The notes beneath the pieces are model-generated. The model saw only the letters and a program-made list of their open reading frames with translations. It did no database searches and was not told the DNA's origin. The position numbers and the translations under genes are program-made. This document shows positions 40,605-50,142 of a stretch of DNA of 64,000 nucleotides, one piece after another; the stretch's first letter is position 1, and every line of letters begins with the position of its first letter. Origin of the DNA: an uncultured Gammaproteobacteria bacterium (GTDB taxonomy: Bacteria > Patescibacteriota > Patescibacteriia > UBA9570 > XYC2-FULL-38-9); the NCBI GenBank assembly GCA_964344485.1, contig CAYFNF010000003.1:148467-212466 (forward strand), written 5' to 3'.

Positions 40605-41096
40605 ATGGCATCATCTCGTTCATTCAGTCACTCATTTACCTCTGTTCTTCTATTTATCCTGGCAGCAGGCTGTGTTGTAATCATTGCTGCATTTACCTAT
40701 TTTTTACTAAGCAATACTAACAACCACACCGCATCTGAACAGAACACTGCTGCACCAAATAGCAATATAGCAGCTTCTGTAGAAGTTGAGTCCGTTCCGC
40801 AGCAGCAACAGGTCCGTGGGACGGTTTCAGAGGTCCAGGACAGTGAATTCTCTATTACTGTTGATGCGGAGTCTTCTAAAACTCGCACAGTGAATATTCT
40901 ATACTCTGATAATACGGTGGTCACTGAATACGACACCACTACACCGCCAGTACCAGGTTCTCAACCAGAAGAACCGTATACTGAAACAGACGTCACCTCA
41001 ATTACCGCAGGTTCCATTGTTGTGGTGCAAAGCGCAGAAGTCATAGCAGCAGACGCAACTACGGTTCAAGCCCAAGATATAATAATTTTAAAATAA
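40605..41096 (+). CDS. hypothetical membrane-anchored Thr/Ser-rich protein
   Basis: N-terminal TM helix LLFILAAGCVVIIAAFTYFLL; low complexity. Confidence 0.4.
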   Translation: MASSRSFSHSFTSVLLFILAAGCVVIIAAFTYFLLSNTNNHTASEQNTAAPNSNIAASVEVESVPQQQQVRGTVSEVQDSEFSITVDAESSKTRTVNILYSDNTVVTEYDTTTPPVPGSQPEEPYTETDVTSITAGSIVVVQSAEVIAADATTVQAQDIIILK

Positions 41097-41113
41097 TTAA
41101 TTAACACTATTGT

Positions 41114-41677
41114 ATGATTATTTTCGGAATTATCGCCGCTGTAGTGGTAGTCATCGGCCTCTGGCTGATTCTCACATACAACGGCTTAATCCGATCACGC
41201 AATCAAGTTGATGAAGCGTGGTCAGATATTGACGTTCAATTAAAACGTCGGTATGACCTTATCCCAAACTTAATCGAAACCTGTAAGGGATATGCAAAAC
41301 ATGAGAACGAAACGTTCCAACAGGTAACAGAAGCTCGAGCTAATGCAATTAAAGCTGAACAAGCTGGCGACACCAAGAAACTCGGGGAAGCAGAGAACAT
41401 GCTGACCGGCGCATTGAAGAGCCTGTTTGCTGTTGCTGAGAACTACCCAGAATTGAAAGCAAATGAAAACTTTCTTCAATTGCAGGATGAACTCTCAGAC
41501 ACCGAGAACAAGATCCAGGCATCACGTCGTTTCTACAACGGAAATGTTCGAGACTTCAACACCAAGGTTCAAGTGTTCCCAACCAACTTAATTGCCGGAA
41601 TGCTCGGATTCAAGGACTATGAATTCTTCGAGATTGGAGAAGAGGAAGAACGAGAAAATCCACAAGTAAAATTCTAG
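41114..41677 (+). CDS. lemA: LemA family protein
   Basis: N-terminal TM then YN.LIRSRNQVDEAWSDIDVQLKRRYDLIPNLIETCKGYAKHE, hallmark of LemA family. Confidence 0.8.
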   Translation: MIIFGIIAAVVVVIGLWLILTYNGLIRSRNQVDEAWSDIDVQLKRRYDLIPNLIETCKGYAKHENETFQQVTEARANAIKAEQAGDTKKLGEAENMLTGALKSLFAVAENYPELKANENFLQLQDELSDTENKIQASRRFYNGNVRDFNTKVQVFPTNLIAGMLGFKDYEFFEIGEEEERENPQVKF

Positions 41678-41726
41678 CAGCCTTTTGCGCGCAACAACGC
41701 GTGTTTGAGCTACCCTTCATACCTCT

Positions 41727-42662
41727 ATGACGGTCTATCAACAGATTTCTAAAAATAAGAGGCGCACTATTGTATTGATGATGATCTTTATTGCGTTCAT
41801 TCTTGGTTTAGGGTATGTGCTTGCTGAGTACTACGCCGGTGTTGGTTATATTGGTTTAGTGTACGCTGCAATCCTCTCGTTAGTCATGACAACGGTAAGT
41901 TACTTCGGTGGAGACAAAGCTGCGTTGCTAACATCAGGCGCAAAGGAGATCGCAAAAGATGATAACCCATACGTCTGGCGCATGGTAGAGAACCTCTGCA
42001 TCACTTCAGGCTTGCCTATGCCACGAGTTTATATCATCAATGATCCAGTGATGAATGCATTTGCTACAGGCCGAAAACCAGAGAAGTCTTCTATTGCACT
42101 AACAACCGGGCTAATTGAAAACCTCGAGAATGAAGAGCTAGAAGGAGTCATCGCACACGAACTCTCTCATATACAGAACTACGACACTCGATTAATGATG
42201 GTAGTGGTAGTGTTGGTTGGAGTGTTAGCGTTAATGGCAGACTGGATGTGGCGGTTCCATTTCTTCAGTGGTAACCGACGAGGTGGAGGACGTCGCGGTG
42301 GCGGTGGATTCCAGATTGAACTGATCTTTGCGATTGTCGGTGTGGCATTAATCATCCTCTCCCCAGTCATTGCCGAGCTGATTAAACTCGCGATATCGAG
42401 AAAGCGTGAGTACTTAGCAGATGCGTCTGCAGTGTTGATGACTCGATACTCTGAAGGATTAGCAGGGGCATTAGAAAAGATCGCTAAGCAAGACGGAAAA
42501 ATGCTGCGCGCGAACCATGCAACCGCACATCTGTATATCGCTAATCCATTTGGAGCAAAAGCAAAGAAATGGCTCACTCGTCTCTGGTCCACGCATCCGC
42601 CAATAGAAGATCGTATCGCAAAATTGCGAGATATGGGCGGATCTCCGCAAATTGAGGTATAA
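41727..42662 (+). CDS. htpX: zinc metalloprotease HtpX (M48 family)
   Basis: HELSHIQNYDT HExxH, 4 TM helices, C-terminal E...ADA.A; Gly/Arg-rich insertion NRRGGGRRGGGG; lemA-htpX pairing. Confidence 0.85.
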   Translation: MTVYQQISKNKRRTIVLMMIFIAFILGLGYVLAEYYAGVGYIGLVYAAILSLVMTTVSYFGGDKAALLTSGAKEIAKDDNPYVWRMVENLCITSGLPMPRVYIINDPVMNAFATGRKPEKSSIALTTGLIENLENEELEGVIAHELSHIQNYDTRLMMVVVVLVGVLALMADWMWRFHFFSGNRRGGGRRGGGGFQIELIFAIVGVALIILSPVIAELIKLAISRKREYLADASAVLMTRYSEGLAGALEKIAKQDGKMLRANHATAHLYIANPFGAKAKKWLTRLWSTHPPIEDRIAKLRDMGGSPQIEV

Positions 42663-42692
42663 TAGAAATACAAATATATAACCCATATATCT

Positions 42693-43487
42693 ATGGCAAA
42701 AACAAATGTTCATCAACAGGTCATTGCAATAAGCAAAAGCTATCACGATAGCATAGAAATCTACACAAAACACTTCTTAAAACTCATGGGAGTAGTGCTG
42801 ATTCCTAACCTATTAACGTATTTTCTGATTATTTCATTGAAGGCTTCTGTGGTCTCCTCTATTGCAAAACTTGGAGCGCTCGAGTTCTTTTCGTTCACAA
42901 ATATTAACTTTATTGTTTCGCTACTATTAATTCTCACCATTGTTATTGTGCAAGCACTGGGTGTAATTGCTTTAACGTATATGGTGGTACATCGAGAACG
43001 AGTCGCGGTGTTGACCGCGTTTGAACACTCCCTAGAGTTCTTCTGGAGATTTATCGGTCTGGCAATAGTCCTCATGGTTATCACTGGAATTGGTTTACTG
43101 CTGGGGTTCCTATTAGTAATCCTTATTGGCAGTCCGCTAGCAAGCTATTCACTCACTGCACTGGAATATACCTTTGACTGGCTGATGTTGATACCAGTAA
43201 TAATCAGCGCAATCATTACCACCTTCTTTGTCTTTGCTAGTTATAGCATTGTTGATAAGAATCAGAGCATTACTAAAGGTCTGCAACACAGCTTTACATT
43301 AGTGCGAGGACACTTTATCCCTGTTGCCATTCGCGTACTGCTGATCTATATCATCACCTCACTACTGTTCTTCGGAATTCAGTTTATTCCTCATATCGGA
43401 AACATTGTTTCTGTTATCCTGGTTGCTCCGTTCTCAGTGGTCTACCTCTACATTCTCTATAACGACTTAGTAAAATTTAAATCCTAA
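42693..43487 (+). CDS. polytopic membrane protein, unknown function
   Basis: About 6 hydrophobic helices; no motif recognised. Confidence 0.4.
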   Translation: MAKTNVHQQVIAISKSYHDSIEIYTKHFLKLMGVVLIPNLLTYFLIISLKASVVSSIAKLGALEFFSFTNINFIVSLLLILTIVIVQALGVIALTYMVVHRERVAVLTAFEHSLEFFWRFIGLAIVLMVITGIGLLLGFLLVILIGSPLASYSLTALEYTFDWLMLIPVIISAIITTFFVFASYSIVDKNQSITKGLQHSFTLVRGHFIPVAIRVLLIYIITSLLFFGIQFIPHIGNIVSVILVAPFSVVYLYILYNDLVKFKS

Positions 43488-43496
43488 CCTGTTTCT

Positions 43497-46076
43497 TTGT
43501 TCATGCAACTTGACCTACTCGACAAATTCACTTCTCATCTTCGCGGCGCACTTTCTCGGTCCATTGACCTTGCATGGCAATTACAACAAGAATCCATACC
43601 TCCGCTGTTTTTACTTATCTCAATAGCAGAACAACAAGGGAGTATTGGTTCTGACCTGCTCAAACGATATAACATATCCATGAAGACACTAGCAGAGTAT
43701 CTCTCTGAGCACGGTGAACAGTTCGCGCCGACTGTTTTACAGGAGCTCACAAAGTCAAAAAAACCATTTGTATTCCTGTGGCCAGAGTTTTCTTCTAAGA
43801 CAAAGGATTTAATTGAGCACGCAGCACTGACAGCGTACGATTATGAACATCAACATATTGGAACAGAGCATCTGCTGTTTGCGGTGTTGGACCAACAGGA
43901 TGAGGATGTTCAGCAGGTTCTTGCTCAGTCCAAAACCTCCTCGCAGAAGATCATTGGGGATTTAAAGAAAATACTGGAACAGAACACAGCAGCTGCACAA
44001 GTAGAAGCCGCGTTCACTAAAGCAGATAAAGCAGACCCAGACGACCAAATTGGTGTTGCTACTGCAGAGCTTTCCGCAGAAGAGGTGTCTGAGACTCCAG
44101 CGCTTGATTACTTTGGTATTGATCTTACTAGTACTGCGCAACAGGAGCAGCTTGATCCAGTGATTGGACGTGAAGATGAGATTGAGCGTGTTATACATAT
44201 CCTCTCTCGGCGCACTAAGAATAATCCAGTGTTAATCGGTGAACCAGGTGTTGGGAAAACAGCTATTGCAGAAGGCTTAGCCAAGCATATTGTAGACGGG
44301 AAAGTACCGGACATTCTACTTCACAAACGAATCATCTGCTTGGATTTAAGCTTGGTCCTCGCAGGCACTATGTATCGCGGTGAATTCGAATCGCGGTTAA
44401 AACAAGTAATTGAAGAGCTCAAAAGCCACCCTGATATTATTCTGTTTATTGATGAAATACACATGATTGTTGGAGCCGGAGGAGTGCAAGGTGGAAATAT
44501 GGATGCAGCAAATATCTTAAAGCCAGCGTTAGCAAAAGGGCTGATCCGTTGTATTGGAGCGACCACATCAGATGAATACCGCAAGCATATTGAAAACGAC
44601 CCTGCGCTTGAACGCAGGTTCCAACCTGTAGTGGTAGAAGAACCAACCATGGAGCAAACAGTAGATATCCTAAAAGGACTACGCAGCTACTATGAAACCT
44701 ATCACCACATTCGCATTCCAGATGCAGTGATTGAATCTGCAGTACAGTGGTCTACACGATATCAGCCGGATAAACACCAGCCGGATAAAACTATTGATTT
44801 AATTGATGAAGCTGGAGCAAAAGTGCACTCCAAACGCTCGGTTCCTGAATCTATGCGTGAACTGGACCGCTGCACACGCTTACTCTCCTCTCTGCGAAAA
44901 AAGAAAGAACTCGCTGCACAAGCAGAACGATTCTCTCTTGCGGTTGATATAAAGAAGCAAGAAGGAGTAATCGTGAAAAAGATGAAAGAGCTGCAAAAAC
45001 AGGTCCGTGCGTTAAAGATCCCTGCTACAGCGCTAACTGCAGATGATATTGCACAAGTACTCTCCTCAGCTACGAGCATCCCAGTTGACCACATTCGTGC
45101 GACCGGCAAGGAACGGTACGCAACGTTGGAGACAGAGATGAAGAAGTGCATCTTTGGGCAGGATGAAGCTATTGAGAAGGTCTGCTCGGTGATTAAGCGT
45201 TCGTACGCTGGACTTGCTTCTCCAAATCGTCCGTTAGGCAGCTTCATGCTGCTTGGGCCATCAGGCGTCGGAAAGACTGAATTAGCAAAAGTACTCGCAG
45301 AGAAGAATTTTGGACACCGAGATAACGTGATCCGCGTGGATATGTCTGAATTCTCTGAGAGTTTTACTGTGTCAAAGTTGATTGGTGCTCCAGCGGGATA
45401 TGTAGGGTATAACGACGGTGTGAAAATCTCCGACCATATTCGCCGCCGCCCGTACTCTGTAGTACTCTTTGATGAAATTGAGAAAGCACACCCGGATATA
45501 TTTAATATCTTGTTACAAGTTCTGGATGAAGGACGACTTACGGACTCTTCTGGACGTGAGCTTAACTTCCGCAATGCAATTGTGATCTTTACTTCGAATA
45601 TTGGAATCGATCTACTGAACCGACAAGCTGCAATTGGGTTTTCTACCGAAGAAGAGCAACCGGAAGAGTACCTCTCTCAAGAAGAGATTGAAGCGACGAT
45701 CACCCAAGAGCTGCAGCAACAGTATCCGCAGGAGTTCTTGAATCGCATCGATCATATTATGGTCTTCAGCTCCTTAACGCAAAAGAGCATGGAGAAAATT
45801 GTACAAGCACAATTCAAAGAGATTCAAGTGCGGTGCAAAGAAAAAGGTATATCGCTTCGACTTCTTCCGACTGCTAAACGCCACCTTGCAACTCAGAGCT
45901 ATGATCCGCAACAAGGAGCACGGTTGGTACGAAAAACACTCTCAGACTTGATCGAAGACCCATTAGCTGATAAGCTATTAACCAAGAAGTTCCGACCTGG
46001 AAATACTGTAGCAGTCAAGTTGAAAAAAGATGCGATTGTACTAGAACAGCAGAAGGACACCAAGAAAAAGAAGTAG
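43497..46076 (+). CDS. clpC: Clp/Hsp100 AAA+ chaperone ATPase, ClpC-like (two AAA modules, short middle domain)
   Basis: Clp_N repeats, Walker [16 protein letters not shown] and [18 protein letters not shown], Walker [10 protein letters not shown] / [11 protein letters not shown], sensor motifs. Confidence 0.85.
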   Translation: MFMQLDLLDKFTSHLRGALSRSIDLAWQLQQESIPPLFLLISIAEQQGSIGSDLLKRYNISMKTLAEYLSEHGEQFAPTVLQELTKSKKPFVFLWPEFSSKTKDLIEHAALTAYDYEHQHIGTEHLLFAVLDQQDEDVQQVLAQSKTSSQKIIGDLKKILEQNTAAAQVEAAFTKADKADPDDQIGVATAELSAEEVSETPALDYFGIDLTSTAQQEQLDPVIGREDEIERVIHILSRRTKNNPVLIGEPGVGKTAIAEGLAKHIVDGKVPDILLHKRIICLDLSLVLAGTMYRGEFESRLKQVIEELKSHPDIILFIDEIHMIVGAGGVQGGNMDAANILKPALAKGLIRCIGATTSDEYRKHIENDPALERRFQPVVVEEPTMEQTVDILKGLRSYYETYHHIRIPDAVIESAVQWSTRYQPDKHQPDKTIDLIDEAGAKVHSKRSVPESMRELDRCTRLLSSLRKKKELAAQAERFSLAVDIKKQEGVIVKKMKELQKQVRALKIPATALTADDIAQVLSSATSIPVDHIRATGKERYATLETEMKKCIFGQDEAIEKVCSVIKRSYAGLASPNRPLGSFMLLGPSGVGKTELAKVLAEKNFGHRDNVIRVDMSEFSESFTVSKLIGAPAGYVGYNDGVKISDHIRRRPYSVVLFDEIEKAHPDIFNILLQVLDEGRLTDSSGRELNFRNAIVIFTSNIGIDLLNRQAAIGFSTEEEQPEEYLSQEEIEATITQELQQQYPQEFLNRIDHIMVFSSLTQKSMEKIVQAQFKEIQVRCKEKGISLRLLPTAKRHLATQSYDPQQGARLVRKTLSDLIEDPLADKLLTKKFRPGNTVAVKLKKDAIVLEQQKDTKKKK

Positions 46077-46120
46077 TGCGGTCAGAACAGCAATAGAGCT
46101 CTTTCCTAAAGAATCATCAC

Positions 46121-46145
46121 CACCCATAACGGGTGGTTTTATTTA
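46121..46145 (+). terminator. intrinsic terminator after clpC (CCACCC-AUAA-CGGGUGG + UUUUAUUU)
   Basis: 6-7 bp GC stem followed by T-rich run; overlaps the start region of comF, so may act as attenuator. Confidence 0.45.
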
Positions 46146-46822
46146 TGAACATCTTCAAACAACTCTCAAGTAGTATTCTCGACGCACTCTTTCCTCGCCG
46201 CTGCGTTGGGTGTGGTTGTTATGATACGTGGGCATGTGCTTCTTGCGTTCAGGAGCACCGTAATGTGGAATGCTTAGATCTACTCACAGCAGACGCTCAG
46301 AGTGCTGCAACATCTATTATCACTATTGGTCTATATAGTAATCCGTTCTGGAGAGAGTTAGTGCAGTTGTTAAAGTTTCATAACGTTCGATCACTCAGTG
46401 AAGCGTTGACACAAGAGCTAGCAGCGACGCTATGGCACTATATGCAACAACAAACACACCCACAGCAACCGACTGTGCTCGTGCCGATTCCGTTACATAA
46501 GAGACGTCTGCGAGAACGTGGATTCAATCAAGCGACGGTGGTTGCGGAGCGACTCTCTGATCATACGGACTGGCCAGTTCTCGAGCAGTTGCTGTTGAGA
46601 ACTCACTACACTCCATCTCAGACCACTCTCTCTCACGAGGAGCGCGAACAAAACATTGCACACGCATTTTCGTACACCTCCGCTGAACTATCGCTGCACG
46701 GTGTTCATGTCATTTTGGTAGATGATGTTGTGACTACCGGCTCCACCGCGTTGGAAGCAGCACAAACACTGCAGGAGCTTGAACCTGCTTCTGTACATAT
46801 CGTTGCTATTGCTCGAGGGTAA
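46145..46822 (+). CDS. comF: ComF/GntX family phosphoribosyltransferase-domain protein
   Basis: N-terminal C-x2-C...C-x2-C zinc finger, C-terminal PRTase motif VILVDDVVTTGST; ATG start in frame preferred over upstream GTG. Confidence 0.75.
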   Translation: MNIFKQLSSSILDALFPRRCVGCGCYDTWACASCVQEHRNVECLDLLTADAQSAATSIITIGLYSNPFWRELVQLLKFHNVRSLSEALTQELAATLWHYMQQQTHPQQPTVLVPIPLHKRRLRERGFNQATVVAERLSDHTDWPVLEQLLLRTHYTPSQTTLSHEEREQNIAHAFSYTSAELSLHGVHVILVDDVVTTGSTALEAAQTLQELEPASVHIVAIARG

Positions 46823-46825
46823 GTG

Positions 46826-46899
46826 TGTCCCCGGCACGATTTGAACGTGCGACCTCCGGTACCGCAAACCGACGCTCTATCCAACTGAGCTACGGGGAC
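46826..46899 (-). tRNA. tRNA-Arg (anticodon read as GCG by hand fold)
   Basis: Reverse complement: acceptor GTCCCCG/CGGGGAC, D-arm GCTCAGTTGGATAGAGC, anticodon stem TCGGT/ACCGG loop TTGCGGT, T-loop TTCAAAT; anticodon assignment needs tRNAscan confirmation. Confidence 0.65.
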
Positions 46900-46980
46900 A
46901 GATTGTGTACAGCAATGAACATGCTGCAGTAACAAATGGTAAATAAAAAAAGCGTATTCGTCAATAGCTTTGTGCGTGGA

Positions 46981-47523
46981 TTATAACTTGAACATGCGGA
47001 TTGCAGTATCTCCGGCTGACTCCTCTTCTCTCTCAAGATCTTCATCGAGAAAATCCAGAAGCATCTTTCGTAAGGTGACTGGATTCTTGTCTCGCAGTGG
47101 AATCGAAAATTCTCCGCGTAGAATAGTATTTTTTGGTTTTATATAGAGCTGCTTAATTAACGGTGGTTCATAAATAACAGCAAATGACTCGATCTCACGA
47201 TAGATATAGAATCTATCACCAATCTGTACGCCGGTTTCATATATCACAAACGGTAGAATTGCAGGGTCGGAACGATGGTGTGTAAAAACAATCAACGCAA
47301 TGAGTAGAATGATTAGTGCAAACAAGAAATTACCATCTGCAATTGCATAGATCAGCAGACCACCTCCGATGAGGATGGCAAAGAAATACCAAATCGGTCC
47401 ACGTTCGTGTTTTTCATACTCTGGGAACTCCCATTGTTCTAGGACGCTTCCACGTTCAATGGGGTTTACCCCCATGCGAATGGACCGCTCTCGGTCTTCA
47501 TCTGTAAGGATTCTTTCTGGCAT
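46981..47523 (-). CDS. hypothetical membrane protein (2 TM)
   Basis: 180 aa with central hydrophobic hairpin; no motif. Confidence 0.4.
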   Translation of the reverse strand: MPERILTDEDRERSIRMGVNPIERGSVLEQWEFPEYEKHERGPIWYFFAILIGGGLLIYAIADGNFLFALIILLIALIVFTHHRSDPAILPFVIYETGVQIGDRFYIYREIESFAVIYEPPLIKQLYIKPKNTILRGEFSIPLRDKNPVTLRKMLLDFLDEDLEREEESAGDTAIRMFKL

Positions 47524-47594
47524 ACATACGTATTATAGCATTTTTTTTATCGAATGAAAAGGGGATATTTCAACTGTTTTTTACTAGATTTTTA

Positions 47595-47622
47595 TTGACT
47601 TTTTTAAAAAAATCGTTATAGT
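47595..47622 (+). promoter_or_regulatory. sigma-70-like promoter for tRNA cluster (TTGACT, 16 bp, TATAGT)
   Basis: Located about 30 nt upstream of first tRNA-like element. Confidence 0.4.
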
Positions 47623-47654
47623 TAGTAGCGCACGTTTCAGTTTGAGTGATATAT

Positions 47655-47784
47655 GGAGAGGTAGCTGAGTGGGTTCGAGCGGGCAATAAGTGAATGCATT
47701 TCTGCATTCACGGCCGCGAGAACGGGCGAACGATGCTGCAAAGCAGCCGTGAGTCCCGGATGAAAGCGATGAAATACCTCTCTT
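47655..47784 (+). ncRNA. unclassified about 130-nt tRNA-like element (type-II tRNA acceptor + D-arm, no canonical anticodon/T arms)
   Basis: Begins GGAGAGGTAGCTGAGTGGGTTCGAGC (near-identical to 5' end of adjacent tRNA-Ser genes) and ends CCTCTCT, but interior has a perfect 9-bp hairpin GTGAATGCA-TTTC-TGCATTCAC and a GCTGC-AAA-GCAGC hairpin instead of anticodon and T arms. Confidence 0.3.
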
Positions 47785-47811
47785 GGCTTCATTTCAATAT
47801 AGTTCTAACTT

Positions 47812-47903
47812 GGAGAGGTGGCTGAGTGGTTGAAAGCGACGGATTGCTAATCCGTTATATCGGTATTTAGCCGGTATCGAGGGTTCAAATCCCTCCCTCT
47901 CCG
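47812..47903 (+). tRNA. tRNA-Ser (anticodon GCT)
   Basis: Acceptor GGAGAGG/CCTCTCC, anticodon stem ACGGA/TCCGT loop TTGCTAA, long variable arm, T-loop TTCAAAT. Confidence 0.85.
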
Positions 47904-47927
47904 CAGGACCGATTTTTTTGTACGTCT

Positions 47928-48014
47928 GGAGAGATGACAGAGCGGTCGAATGTGACGGTCTTGAAAACCGTTGGGCCTTCACGGGTCCCGTGGGTTCGAA
48001 TCCCACTCTCTCCG
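47928..48014 (+). tRNA. tRNA-Ser (anticodon TGA)
   Basis: Acceptor GGAGAGA/TCTCTCC, anticodon stem ACGGT/ACCGT loop CTTGAAA, long variable arm, T-loop TTCGAAT. Confidence 0.85.
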
Positions 48015-48015
48015 C

Positions 48016-48399
48016 ATGACCATACCTTTTCTTATTTCTAACATAACAATTGTCCTCCTCTTTGTCGGACACTTGTACTATGGAGATAAAGAAATAAAAC
48101 GAATTGAACCAAGGGATTCATCTGTTAATCAAGGTCTTTGGACATTGGCACGAGTTGCATGGCACTGGGTATCTTGGGACTTATTGTTCATTGCGATACT
48201 CATGGCCTTAGTAAATTTTACAGGTGTTTTTTCAGGGAATGAAGCTATTGTACAAAAAATTATCGCGGTTTACATCATTGGAGTTTCCGTCTCTTGGACA
48301 ATCACCACTTGTATATCTCGGCCATGCGAGAAAAAATTCGTTATGTTTATTCCTGCTGCGCTGATTATTCTGAGTATAGGCATACTGGCTTTTTTCTAA
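48016..48399 (+). CDS. hypothetical membrane protein (127 aa, 4 TM)
   Basis: Start moved to MTIPF (48016) immediately after tRNA-Ser; hydrophobic throughout. Confidence 0.4.
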   Translation: MTIPFLISNITIVLLFVGHLYYGDKEIKRIEPRDSSVNQGLWTLARVAWHWVSWDLLFIAILMALVNFTGVFSGNEAIVQKIIAVYIIGVSVSWTITTCISRPCEKKFVMFIPAALIILSIGILAFF

Positions 48400-48417
48400 A
48401 AATTTGCGAGAGCTACT

Positions 48418-49128
48418 ATGGAACAACACCTCCACATTCCAACAGATGACGGGCATCAGATATATGGAGTATTGAACGGTGGCAGCGAGGAAAAGCTCAT
48501 CATCTTTGTGCATGGTCTTACAGGAAACATGAATGAGCATCAGTTCTATAATGCTGCTCGATTCTTTCCTGAGCACGGTTTTTCGACGTTTCGTTTTAAT
48601 CTCTACTCTGGAAAAGGAGATGCACGCACTCTTACTGACTGTTCACTCGATACTCATGTGCAGGACCTCAATGCAGTTATTGCTTACTTCACTGACAGTT
48701 ACCAATATCTTTATCTTGTGGGCCATAGTTTCGGTGGGCCAGCTATTCTTTATACGGATACGAAATCAGTCACATCAATTGTGCTATGGGATCCGTCATA
48801 TGATCCACTGGCATATCTCGGGGATGAAATCCAGTATAACGAACAGTTAGGACAATATATCCTCTCTTGGGAAAATGAATATATCATCTCCTCTGAGATG
48901 TATGACAGCTGGAAACAGTGCGGAGAAAAACTATTAGCACTCTTTTCTACACCCACTAAGATCATCTGTGCTGGACAGGATGTGTTATACAAAGACTGGA
49001 AAAACAATAGTGCTCATCTCCCTCCAGAAACAGAGCTCGCTCTGATTAAAGACGCAGGCCACTGTTTTGATGAGGAGGGAGCTGAAGAACAACTCTTTCA
49101 AGAAACCCTTAATTGGTTCACCTTATAA
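48418..49128 (+). CDS. alpha/beta-hydrolase fold esterase/lipase
   Basis: Nucleophile elbow GHSFGG, HGLTGN oxyanion region, C-terminal DAGHCF His. Confidence 0.65.
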   Translation: MEQHLHIPTDDGHQIYGVLNGGSEEKLIIFVHGLTGNMNEHQFYNAARFFPEHGFSTFRFNLYSGKGDARTLTDCSLDTHVQDLNAVIAYFTDSYQYLYLVGHSFGGPAILYTDTKSVTSIVLWDPSYDPLAYLGDEIQYNEQLGQYILSWENEYIISSEMYDSWKQCGEKLLALFSTPTKIICAGQDVLYKDWKNNSAHLPPETELALIKDAGHCFDEEGAEEQLFQETLNWFTL

Positions 49129-49523
49129 CACATATGAAACAAGCACTCGCAGTATTACTCGCAGGAGCATGGATAACACTCTCGGAATTCATTCGTAACG
49201 AATTCTTGCTAAAAAGCTACTGGACGGACCACTATAATACACTGAGCCTAACCTTTGAAACGCTTCCACTCAATGGTGTATTGTGGTTCATATGGAGCCT
49301 GATCTTTGCGTTTATAGTCATGAAGCTGTTGCAAAACAACTCTTTAAAAGAAACTCTCATTATTTCCTGGCTCGCTGCGTTTGTGATGATGTGGATCACG
49401 ATCTACAACCTTCAAGTGCTCCCTCTCCCGCTACTGTTATTTGCAGTTCCATGGAGTATACTGGAAGTACTGATCGCAATAATAATAGTTCAAACCATAT
49501 GCGAAAAACTCAAAAGGAATTAG
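49113..49523 (+). CDS. hypothetical membrane protein (136 aa)
   Basis: 4 hydrophobic helices; overlaps neighbours by a few codons. Confidence 0.4.
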   Translation: MVHLITHMKQALAVLLAGAWITLSEFIRNEFLLKSYWTDHYNTLSLTFETLPLNGVLWFIWSLIFAFIVMKLLQNNSLKETLIISWLAAFVMMWITIYNLQVLPLPLLLFAVPWSILEVLIAIIIVQTICEKLKRN

Positions 49524-49882
49524 TATCCATCTATAAACGCTTGAAAAAGATACTGAAGCAATACGAAGATCCACTCAAACCTAAAATGGATCTGGATAGC
49601 AAATACGACCTCTGGTCTTTTAAAGAAGTAGAGATTGCAGGTAGAACAAGAGATGAAGTCTACTTTGCAGGCATCATCATTCAAAGCTCTTACGTTGGGT
49701 TCTACTTCATGCCAGTGTATACTGACAAAACACTGAAAGAAGTGTTCAAACCGGAATTATTAGGGTTGTTAAAGGGGAAATCGTGTTTTCATATCAAATC
49801 CCTGGACGCGAAGTTAGAGAAGGAAATTGAGCAAGCAGTAAAAAAGGGCTATCAGCTCTATAAAAAAAGAGGCTGGGTATAA
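49499..49882 (+). CDS. DUF1801/YdhG-like small protein (tentative)
   Basis: Start chosen at MRKTQKEL; motif YFAGIIIQSSYVGFYFMPVY resembles DUF1801 core. Confidence 0.35.
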   Translation: MRKTQKELVSIYKRLKKILKQYEDPLKPKMDLDSKYDLWSFKEVEIAGRTRDEVYFAGIIIQSSYVGFYFMPVYTDKTLKEVFKPELLGLLKGKSCFHIKSLDAKLEKEIEQAVKKGYQLYKKRGWV

Positions 49883-49914
49883 CACCAGCTATATAATTCT
49901 ATAGACATACAACT

Positions 49915-50097
49915 ATGGGTAAAAAAATACATGACAGCGGACCGTCAGGAGCAATCTATGGCCTTGGTTTAATCGGAGCATTGGTCTACTACATTGCACA
50001 TGCTTCTGGTTTCTGGGTCGGAGTACTCGGAGTGCTGAAAGCGCTGGTCTGGCCAGCATTTGTGGTCTATGACCTGATGAAGTTTCTGAACATGTAA
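49915..50097 (+). CDS. small membrane protein (60 aa, 2 TM)
   Basis: Followed directly by a bidirectional terminator. Confidence 0.35.
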   Translation: MGKKIHDSGPSGAIYGLGLIGALVYYIAHASGFWVGVLGVLKALVWPAFVVYDLMKFLNM

Positions 50098-50104
50098 ACA
50101 AATA

Positions 50105-50140
50105 AAAAAACTTGCAGCGCTTTCGCTCAAGTTTTTTATT
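50105..50140. terminator. bidirectional intrinsic terminator (AACTTG-N13-CAAGTT flanked by A7 and T6)
   Basis: Lies between convergent genes 49915..50097 (+) and 50143..51105 (-). Confidence 0.45.
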
Positions 50141-50142
50141 CT

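Noticed and set aside
44762-45574. 270-aa minus-strand ORF inside clpC
   Set aside because: Antisense to a highly conserved AAA+ ATPase; Ser-rich artefact.
47655-47784. Considered tmRNA, SRP (4.5S) RNA or tRNA-Sec for the tRNA-like element
   Set aside because: Too short and lacks tRNA-like T-arm/CCA context for tmRNA; SRP domain-IV GGAA tetraloop/AGCAGCC-AAGG symmetric loop not reproduced; no Sec-type 8/6-bp stems or TCA anticodon. Left as unclassified.
47794-48072. 92-aa minus-strand ORF spanning the tRNA-Ser genes
   Set aside because: Classic antisense-of-tRNA ORF; region is occupied by two canonical tRNAs.
49283-49523. Long N-terminal extension of ORF 49283..49882
   Set aside because: Overlaps membrane-protein ORF 49113..49523 in another frame; internal start at 49499 gives a compact DUF1801-like protein.
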